Shown: one piece after another, positions 1 to 10,016 of the stretch
Layout: each line of letters starts with the position of its first letter
Numbering within the stretch: the stretch's first letter is position 1
Assembly (NCBI GenBank): GCA_000708835.1
Contig: DF237276.1
Location: 1-64,000, forward strand
Source: Klebsormidium nitens
Taxonomy: Eukaryota; Plantae; Klebsormidiophyceae
DNA length: 64,000 bases
Reading direction: 5' to 3'
Notes under the pieces: generated by a model
What the model saw: only the letters and a program-made list of their open reading frames with translations
The model's database searches: none
Told to the model about the DNA's origin: nothing
Program-made: the position numbers and the translations under genes

Positions 1-445
1 TGTACCCGGTACAGTACCGGTATGCCCCACGAAACGCAAGTGTGTGCACATGTGCGCACAAGTGTGTGTGGAAGTGTGTGTGCACTGTGCACTGTGTGGT
101 TTAGGTACCGTAATACTGGTAGGTACCAGTATACTGTATGATAGTAAGTACTACCGGTAGTACGGTACCTGAGTACTACGGTGTCTGGAACTCCGCGGTA
201 CGTGGACCGTGGGCACCGCTTTTTCACAAGTACCGTATCCACAACAGATATACCATACTGCCTGCCATTCCCATGCGCACCAGCTTGGAGGAATTCTTCA
301 TTTTCGAAAGATTTTCGTTTTCGCACCGGCTTCGACAAATTTTCGAATTTTCCGCAAAGGACCTCCGTTTTTCGATTTTTACTACCCGAGACAGCCGGAA
401 GTTCGTCTTTCCTAATTGATTCCTTATTTCGCATTTTCGCGTCTC
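1..445. repeat. GTAC-rich low-complexity block (1-240) followed by a TTTTCG-motif cluster (~300-445); possible non-autonomous element end/subterminal repeats
   Basis: About ten GTAC tetramers in the first 240 bp, plus TG/CA runs at 35-100 and repeated TTTTCG/TTTCG at 300-445. No credible ORF. Confidence 0.35.
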
Positions 446-2254
446 GGTCGAATGTTGTTTATTGTCTTTCGCAGTTGCCTCAACAAGAATAGTTCAGTGC
501 GAATGGGAATGGTAGTACGGGTATACCTACAACATGTATACCCACTGAATTCAATGATCGAATGTGCGAGCAGTCTCCTAAGGCTGTACAGTGTAGACAG
601 AACAGTTTGGCGCTGCCATCCCCCAGCCCGTGCTGCACTGACTGAGCTGTCTTCGATTTACTCTGTTCTACCCTGATCAGGATACTGTATAATGCAGCCT
701 CATTGTAGTTTTATACCGTAGACGTCATACACGCCTGCTCCTGCCGATTTCAAGCCCATTTGAAGCCGGCCGGTTCCAGTATCATGAGTCAAGAGCCTTT
801 CGATCCTAGAAACCTCCTGGGCTTCCATTCGCTTCCAGAAAGCCTTTTCTTTACAGGCGCAGGGTTACTACATATGACTAAGGCTTCCAGGGCTTCCTGA
901 CATGTGTACAAGAACAAAAGCGGGACGCGCTAGCTAGCGGGTGCTGAGAGTAGCTGCACAGTGAGGCCCACAGTGAGGCATCAGGTGAGTTTCTTCTGTT
1001 CAGTTGATTTCCGCATTATTACGATGGCCCGTTTCTTATGGTGTCGAAAGGCATTGATGGTGCTCTCGAGAAGACCAGGACTTTGCAGGTACCTCTGTGA
1101 CCTGCCCACCAACTGACCAGAATACCAGGCTGGTTAAACTGCGGGCTCTTATACAGATGTGGGGCTTTTTCGCAGCGCCCGTGAAGCAGCGGAGTCCTGC
1201 CTCATACTAACAGGAGACTGCCATTTTGGCAGCTGACCAGATATTTGGATTATGTATGCCCTGAGCGCGAGTATGTGGCCCTAAGAAAGTCTTTCTTTTT
1301 GGGTCCCATTTTGGTGTTTCGGGGGCATGGAGGCGCTGACTTGGCAATGTAAGCAGGGGAAGTACAACGAGAGTCGGCTTTCTTGTGGCAGTGCCTAGAT
1401 TGCCTGGTCATGGTTACCTTGTTGCTCCGAGTCTGTGCCGGGCTTTGTGCATTGTGAGTCTTGCCTTCGGGTTAAATTGAGGACAGACGGCGGGGTACAC
1501 GAGCTCTTGCACATGCCTTCATGAAACACAGCTGCTTGCCAGGTTTTGGGCTTGGTTCTACCAAGTCCGTCACGTACAGAGCTTCCTGAAGGAGCTGGGC
1601 CATTGCTCGGGCCACTTAGATCCGCATTGGCTTTAGACAACATCTAACTCCTTCTCTTTTTATACATGCATTTTGCAGATTTGTCTATGTAAGCCTCCAA
1701 CAGTCCAAAGTTGTCTGGTGTTCATCCTCTAATTGAATCTACAGGCCTTGAGACAGCTGGAGGGCAAAACCAGCTTGCCCTCTTTGTAGGTGTCCATGAA
1801 TCTTGCAGGTCGGAAGCAACGTTACCATAACAAAACCTTGTTCACCTTGTACAGCTGCCAAGTGATAAAGGTTGGTCCAGAGGTTTGGGGGCAAACAGGC
1901 TTGGCAGCTACTTGAACGAAGATCAGGTGAGTAGACCTGATCTAGATGACATGTACATGCATAACATGGGTCTATGTATGAATCATGTCTCACTGATTGC
2001 AACTGGGCTCTCTAGCTGCTAAGTGTGTACAGGTTGCTTGGGATCATTTCTTGCTTCATTGCCCAATTCCTGCAATGAAAAATAAAACCTTGAATGACTA
2101 ACAAAGCAGGTTATGGAATTGCTTAGGGAAGCTTCTATCTCTTCTATGGGGTCAGCATGTCGCAGGAAGTCATTTGAATTTGACTCTGGTTTCAATAGCA
2201 TATAATTTACATCATCCAGGGCCTGAACCAGTTGATAATCAGCTCTACAGGGCA

Positions 2255-5200
2255 ATGGCGCGGAGCTTCGGTCGCCCCAGCTTGATCATTGTTTTACTGG
2301 CCAGCTTGTTGTTGGTTACTGGGTGGAATGCGTTGTGCGTGACAGCACAGGCACCTGGTGAGATACACGGCTCTGCTTAATTTGATAGTCGACCTCTCGG
2401 TTGGAATCAATGAGAGCATCAGGTTGATTACTAACCTGCATCAGGGCCTTAAAGAATGGTATGCCGCTATGATCTTGATCAGCTTGTCGAGATACCTCAG
2501 TCTGCATACTGTGATCCCCTCCCTTAATTAATTTGACTGCTTGCCTAAGATATCCCATCGTTATCGCTTTGGACGCATACACTTGTGTTGGGCTGCTTCT
2601 ATGTTCGTCTTTCCCGCAGGCCTGAGGTTGGATACTTGTTCTGGCAATGACAAAGCCCCAGAGTAGAGAATTCTAGCTACTAGCGCTCACATACATGCCC
2701 TGTCTCTTACTCTTGTTGATTTCGTGCATAAGATTTCAATCATCAGGATGACGAGAGGCTGTGGAAATGCAGGTTTAGTTCCTCAAGTGTAGGGACCATT
2801 TTGGATGGTGTTCCTTCAACCGAATGTACACTTATGTAGGTTGGGCTGAGGGCCGGCCCCTTGTCTCAATGCCAGATTTGGCCCCTCAAATTGGTCCAGC
2901 AGGTCATGCTTATGTTACTCGGAGCCGCCTGGCTTGTTGACACCGCCAAAGCGATCCTGGATCCTTCAATCTTGGTTATTATCCGTGCAATTTCAATGGA
3001 CGGGGGCACATTCAGCGCGACCGGTTCCATGCTCCTGGCAAGGTTTGAACACACCGCCACGATACTTTTGAAAACTGGAAAGGATTTGGTAGTTGGTGGA
3101 TCCTCATCCGCAGACTTGTATGATCCAGATACTGGTATGTGGAGCTCTGCCGGGTCCATGTCAACTGGAAGGAATCGGCATACGGCTACATACCTGGTGT
3201 CCGCCGGGGTCGTATTGGTTGCCGGTGGCGTAGGCCCTGACGGGTTTGCGCTGAGCTCTTCAGAGGTTTATAATGTAGCAACGAACACTTGGGCGACAAC
3301 CAGCCCGATGCTGGACGCGAGGTCTGACCATCAGGCTGTTGCATTGGGGGACGGCAACACCGTGCTGGTCACGGGGGGATATCGCCCGCGTTCTGGCGGG
3401 CGACTTTTCCGGAACACGGAGCTGTACTCGGCCACAACAAACAGTTGGTCTGCTGCCGGGACTATGGTCACGCCTAGAACTTTCACACGGCAACGTTGCT
3501 ACCTGGAAATCCCCCGCAAGTGCTTGTGGCCGGCGGAGTAAGTGGCCAGACTGAGCGCCCCACAGCCTCAGCGGAGCTGTACGATGCGAGCACAAATCGC
3601 TGGGCCGCCACGGGCAGCATGAGCACTACACGATCACGATTTACGGCAAACTTGCTAGTAGGCACTTTGCCGGTTAGCGTGCTCGTCGCAGGTGGCGATG
3701 ATCGAGCGTCCGCTGAGGTTTATGACCTGGGTTCTGGCACCTGGGTCCCGGTGGGGAGCATGGCGTTCCAAAGGGATCTGCACGGGGGGACCACCCTCAG
3801 TGATGGACGGGTACTCGTGACTGGGGGGGTAGGACTCCTAGACACTAACATTTTTGACTTTATCAATGCCGCGGAGCTTTACGATCCCGCAACCAGAGCA
3901 TGGAGTACAGTAGGTCCCCTGGGTACCCCGAGATGTTCTCACAGTGCTACGCCTCTGAACAACGGCAAGGTGCTTGTGGCGGGCGGCTTCAGTCGGGAGC
4001 AAGACGTGATCGCCTCGGCGGAGCTGTACACGCCATGTAAGTGCGTTATGGGGAACAAAGGTGCCTTCTGCTGCGCCACACAACAATGTACGAGGACTGG
4101 GTGCCCTTTTTGCTACCATGCAAATAAAACCACTTTTCCTGACCCCTTTCAGCCTAAAAGAGCACCTCAGGACCAGGAGTTCCTGTCAGATATCACCCAT
4201 GCGCTGCCAATGTAGAATCTCTTAGTGTAGAATAGGCTTGGACCCCGGTTTCGCCGGCACTTACATGCTCAATATTTGCTGCGTCCCTGCATGAGCACAA
4301 AGTCATCCACAGGCAGCTTGAACCTAGCCTGGTTGACGTCTGGCGTAGTTGACCTTCTACCTGACGAACATGGTTAAGAACTGGTAAAGCACGCATAAAC
4401 CAGGTCCGGTTGAGTGCGAAAGCTTCTGGCGCATCTTCAAGTTGGTCGACTCATGGCTTCATAGTCCTAAGAGCTTGTCATTGGGCAGACTTAGTACGGA
4501 AAAGTGATAGGCTCCTTATTCATTGACATGGCTTCCCTTGCAGAGTCCTTCTTCGACAAGAGGCCAGCATTGATCCATTAGGTGCCCTGCCAGTACAGTG
4601 GCTGTCGGTTTTCAAGCCGGCTTAGCTCCACTAAAAGGATGAAGCTTTGAAGCGCGCTTTGACTTCGAGATAATCACGTTTGGCTTTGTTTCTACAGTTA
4701 GCATAACCGTGGTCCAGGACCCCCATCTGGAGGTTACTTTGGCCGAGACACAGGGTCGACCGGTGTCCTTCGACTTCCATGGAGAAGCCGGCAAAACCTA
4801 CTGCATGATTTCGGACAGTTGTCTTCAGGTGAGACGGTCACGCTTGTCCGAGCATATATATGCCCAATTGCTGGATTTTCCTAGTGGAATTTCTGGAAGT
4901 AGTAGATTGTAGAGACATGAAAGCAGACAGTGGATTGGTGCTTGGCTTTCCCTTCAAGCGAACTTGAACCCAATAGCGAGAAAGTCGGCACAATGAAATG
5001 CCCGCCCTCACTTTCCTGTCGAGCGAAGGCACAAGTCTGATCATACTTCTGCCAGAGACTACAGTCGACAATTCATTTGATGAGGCATGCATGCCCAAAT
5101 GGGCCCTGGATGCCCAATTAGGTTTCCCTTCCTTAACCTGTCTCCACATGACCGAAAACATTCTGCGAGGGGCGCTGACTATTTTGCAGCCCTGGGGTGG

Positions 5201-7555
5201 GCGAACCTTTGTCATTCGTGCATCTCGTGCTCTTTTAACCCCTAAGCCTCAATCGGCCCTCGGTCGCAAAGTTGCCCAGGGCTTTCAGAAAGGCTCCCAC
5301 GTGAAGCAGTGGGAAAAGGTTCCATGCGCCGAGAAGAGCCATGCCCGACGTCGAATCTGCGCGGAACCCATATACCGTTGGTACACATGGCAAGATCCAG
5401 CTACTTTTGGGTCCCGCCGACCTAGCGCCAGCACCAAATAGTCTGAAGTAGCCTTGGCTAAAATTGCAGACTGCTGAGCCGTCTCACCAGGGTAAATATA
5501 CTGAATGTTTCAAACAGTGCAAGAACGCGTTTGGGCCTTCAAGTGGCCCCTTGCGTACCGTAACAGCTTAATTCTTCCGGCCGACCTGCCAGCACCAAAT
5601 AGTCTGAAGTAGTCTTGGCTAAAATTGCAGACTGAGCCGTCTCACCAGGGTAATACTAGATGTTTCAAACAGTGCAGAAACGCATGATCTGGGCCTTCGA
5701 GTGGCCCCTTGCGTACCGTGACTCAGAAACAGTCGTTACCCCGGACCTCAAAACTATTGTCGAACCTAAAATCTCCTTCACACCGCGTGATCATCAACCT
5801 ACAGTGGTTTTCAGACGTACACAATACCAGCTAAGCCACACGCTAGAATGTTCAAGTTCTCCATACTCCGCATTCGAGGCTTAATTCTTCTGTCTTGTGT
5901 TCTCGCAGCTGAACGTCCTCATGTTTGGCGTCACCTCCGGGACCCAAATCCTCCAGGATTCGAGAGATCATTCCGTGGAGCCCTTCTTCGACGGCACGTG
6001 GATGTCCGGGTTTGGTGTTTCGTACCTCAACCCGTTTGGAGAGCAGAAGAACATCACGATCATGCTGGACCAGGCGCGCGACCGCGCGCGCGAGTTCCCA
6101 AAGGGAACTCGACCTTCGGAGGGATCCCTCTGTTGGTAAGGTGTTCGTTGTAGATGCGGACGTCCGTGCGCTTCCGTTTGCTACTTTATCCTAGTTTTCG
6201 GATAAATTGGTCCAACTTGTTCAGTTTAGAACTCGTTCTGTCCATTCCGTGGTGGCCTGTCTTCAGGTCCTTCTCCCAACATGCATGAAGAAGATGCAGA
6301 TATCCTCGATCTTGTGATTATGGTGCGTCGCTTGCTTTTGCTGAAGTCTGGCGTCTGTTTGCTGAATCCGTTCAATTTGCCTTACGGTTGAGAAGCGTGT
6401 CATGGGTAGGAATGCCTCCACGGGGCGGGAAACGAGATGGACCCTACGACAGTCCGTCAGCGAATTAGATGAATTTTTTCCACGTAAAACATTTTCACTT
6501 GCATCAAAGACCTTCCGACCGTTGAGCCATTACGCATAGGCGTGCTTGAAGCTGTCACCAAGACACCTTCAACACACCCCTTCGTTACTCTCATTCCCTG
6601 CCCACGCCTTTGAAAGACCTTTACGAAAGTGCAACAAAACCGAAACTGGGCTACATTTCGAGCGTTTCAACTGCAGGATCTGGAGTCTGCCTCCTCCGGT
6701 TGGATCAGCCCCGACGGCATGGCTACAATCAGCCGTCTGGTTGGGCGTCCGAACGCCCTTGCCGTCTCCGTGTCGGACATCCTGCTTCTGGAGGTGGCGT
6801 CCGAAACAGAGAAGGACCTCATAGCAGACCCGCCGATCCATTACCTCAACCTGGGAGTTAAACGGCTGGCGGCATCGACAGACGTGCACGGAGTGAGCAT
6901 TAAGACGTTTCCTTTTCGAAGCTAGACGAACAGTTCAACGAAGGAGTTACCAAGACTTGACCAGCTTCGCTAGCTACGGAGAATGGCACCTGGGCGACCC
7001 GGGCTTTTTGAACGGTGACCTTCCTCGTTGTCCTTCCACTGAACGCCTGCCTGTAATCAAGACTCTCAGTGTTTGGAGCACACGCCGGCTCTTCCAACTC
7101 AGCTAGCCCAGTTCTTGAGAAGAGAACTGCAAACTTTGACACTGTTTCAAGACGCCCCGCCTGCTAGTACCCGGGGTAAATGTGCCCCAGTTCAATCGTG
7201 CAGGGCAATGGTTCTTGATGCCTTTTCTAGATAGGATGGTGCGACTGTCTAGCTATATATTATAATATAACCACAGCACAGAATCAAAAACCTTGGGGAC
7301 TTCAAGACTTGACAGTTGCAGGCCGTCGACCAACCGTGCCGCTACGCTTCTGTGCAGTTTCTGGGGCAGATGTTTGTCCCGGGCGCAGCCACCGCGCGCC
7401 TGGCCATGGGCACTCTCGAGGGCCTGCTCCATCGGGAGTACGTGGAGGGCACGGATGACGACTACCGCACGTCAGATTTGAGCGCAGCAGATTGCGCCTT
7501 CAACCGGTTTGGCGAGGTGAGCCTGAGCCTAGCCGGCTGCAAACCTGGGCTCTGA
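2255..7555 (+). CDS. Secreted kelch-repeat (7-blade, galactose-oxidase-like) + root-cap/VWD-like domain protein; two apparent -1 frameshifts (possible pseudogene or assembly errors)
   Basis: Exon 2255-2357 encodes a signal-peptide-like MARSFGRPSLIIVLLASLLLVTGWNALCVTAQAP followed by GTGAG. Seven kelch repeats (R-x-x-HTAT-x-L...VLVxGG...ELYD) lie in ORFs 2861-3541 and 3496-4215, with donor at 4037. Exon 4698-4828 reads SITVVQDPH...SFDFHGEAGKTYCMISDSCLQ; 5909-6135 LNVLMFGV...DGTWMSGFGV; 6677-6892 ...STDVHG; 7358-7555 FLGQMFVPG...DYRTSDLSAADCAFNRFG. These match the GDPxF..FxFHG, HGxLGQ and TSxLxxxDCxFxRF motifs of the plant root-cap family. The junction between exon 1 and the kelch exon is unresolved. 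Confidence 0.75.
5420..5715. repeat. Intronic tandem duplication, ~160 bp x2
   Basis: CCAGCACCAAATAGTCTGAAGTAG...TTGGCTAAAATTGCAGACTG...GTGGCCCCTTGCGTACCGT occurs at ~5429 and ~5589 with small indels. Confidence 0.9.
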
Positions 7556-8404
7556 CATGGGTGCTTGTCTTCCGGCCATCATCTTTTTAGCTGGCCGCTT
7601 GTGCGCCAGCCCGTGCTCACATGAGAACAACATGAGTAGCGCTTGTCTTGAGCTGCCGGCTGGTTAATTGTACAAGAGTCCGGGTATGGTAAAAACCTGC
7701 TCTACGGAGCTCCTGAGATCCGGATTAATTAATCTGGCAAAAGCTTTTGCGGTCGCCTACAGAGTCAGCCGTGGCAGTGGCATATAAAGTGCGACCAGTA
7801 CTTGTTGGGTCAAAGCATTGTGGAAGAAAGCACGATCTCACAGCTTGTTCATCTTCTCATGGATCTACATTCGATTAGACGAAGTGTTGGCCTAGATTGT
7901 ACGGTTTGGTAGCTGATAAGCGTGTTTGCGACTTGTGTTGCAGGTATCCAATAGCATGATGATAATCGAGCAAACCGCTACGGCTGTTTGAAAGGAGACT
8001 CGCAGTCTGCTCCGGCCCAAAAAAAGGAATAATAATGCGCCGCAGTTCTCATATTATTTGCGTTTATGGCAATTGCGGGGCGCCGGTCACGTGGCTGGAA
8101 GAGTTGATAAAGCCGCCGGTCGTTTGGAAAGATCGGTCTCCCCCTTCTTTTCTCAAGTTTAGGCCTTGTTCGTGGTAAGCTTTTCAATATATACGTTGTG
8201 GTTGAGCCGCCATCGTTAGGATCTAGAAGCATTTGATTGACCGCAGCGCACAAACTTGCGACGTTTGCCTCATCATCCTCATTTAACCTGTAGCGTTTGA
8301 AAAATCACACTGTTCAGTTAGAAGCGACTCTTTGCCGCCCCCTCCGCAAAAACAACGTCGATCTTGGATCAATCAGGACCAGTGAAGACTTAAGCCTAAT
8401 TTGC

Positions 8405-8585
8405 TTGCGGTTTTGGGGGAGTCTTAATTTAACTAAGAATTATAATCATTGACGCTTTTTAAACACTGGCCACAATCCAGCGATAATATGATTGCAGTTT
8501 TGGGGGAATTTTAACTTTCTTTTAAGTGAACTAAGAATCATCGGAATCTCAATCATTGACGCTTTTCTACCGTTGGCTACAATTG
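8405..8585. repeat. Intergenic degenerate tandem duplication, ~90 bp x2
   Basis: TTGC(G/A)GTTTTGGGGGA...AACTAAGAAT...AATCATTGACGCTTTT...TGGC(C/T)ACAAT occurs at ~8405 and ~8492. Confidence 0.8.
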
Positions 8586-10016
8586 GGCGAAGTTGGCTGC
8601 GTTCTGGCCGCGCCCATCATTTTATCAGCCTCAATCGACATGTCTTCACAACTGAGTAGATGAGTGAGTACTACTACGATGAGTGGTTGTGATTACCAAG
8701 AGCGCACCCGCTCTTCCGTACGTTCACAAAACCACACAGGAATCTCTGCCAGGGCCGTCCTGGCCTCTCTTGATGACTTGCGATCCAGACCCTTATGAAA
8801 AGAATCTTCGAATCCCGCCTATAAGTACCGCCATACAGGCGCCGCCACATGAACACTGTTTGATATGGAACTTAAAGTTCGAGTCGATCCAGGCCGCGCA
8901 ACAGCGCAGGCACAACGTAAAATTGTACATTGTTAGCTCATGCAAATAAATTACTGGACGTACTACTACCATGCAATCAGTGCGCGCGGTTTGGACAATT
9001 GGCGCTTCAAGTTTGTGAACTTACTGACTCACGGTACGTTAATTGGACTCAATCGGATACGTATACATAAGCTCAAGCTCTTCGAGATCGACCATCCTAT
9101 TGCAGCCGGGGCGGGCCTGCTGGCAAACCGTGCAAGGAACATCATAGTCGCATGCTGGCATGCCTTTTGCGCCCGCCACCGCAAGTCACTGGCGCGCCAT
9201 GCCATATAAGTGAACTAGTGCGGCTTTCAAGCCTAGCTGCGGTCGGGCCTGCAGGCGCCCGGCCCGGGTGACAAACTAGATCATATAGCCAGGCTTGTAT
9301 ATGCATCGAGCCTGGGCCTCAAGTCGACTCGAGATTCAATTAAAGCTCGTGTTACTACCAATGATGCATGCATACTAATCAATCCATGATGCATAATTGA
9401 CATGTGCACGGCAATCACTGTGTTGCTTTGAGCCGCCGGGCCCGGCCCTTCGATGCAAAAACCATACAGGACGCATGCGGTCGCCACGCGGTCCGTTGCA
9501 TATGTTAGTATCTTATAATCATTTAGGCCTGAGACGGTCCACTCACATGCATCAGGCCCTTGCGCACTCAGTCCGAGCTTGTGAGGTGACCTGCCAGGCA
9601 GGCTGAGCCTAATTAGTCCGACAACGATCACTGTCACATCATGCAGCTAGCATCACCAGTAGTGTGTGACTCCTCATAGATCAGGCAAACAAGCTTTATA
9701 AAATATGCAAAGTCTGACGGGAGTAAAATTTACTCGGAGTTCCCATTTCAACCTCATTGTTACGATGACTTCCAAAAGTCGATATCCTACGTAAGCCTCA
9801 ATTGGTGGGGATAATGGGGATCCTTCGATTAATTTGTGCTGCAATTCACTATCCTCTCTCCTCCCCTTGGCCCGCAGTCATTCAATACAGTACTTACACA
9901 ACTGTAGCCTTTGTACAATCTACATCATCGGGTTATATAGCGCAATCCGCGATGCCACAAGCACAATCTGTCGACTCGTTTCAATAGTCGTAAGTCACAG
10001 TCAACCATATTGCCAG

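Noticed and set aside
1100-2250. Possible degenerate gene or TE remnant upstream of the kelch gene
   Set aside because: Short ORFs with frequent stops and no recognisable domain; cannot be supported without a search.
3476-3490. Programmed ribosomal frameshift in the kelch gene
   Set aside because: There is no slippery heptamer or evident stimulatory structure; a single missing base in a homopolymer explains it more simply.
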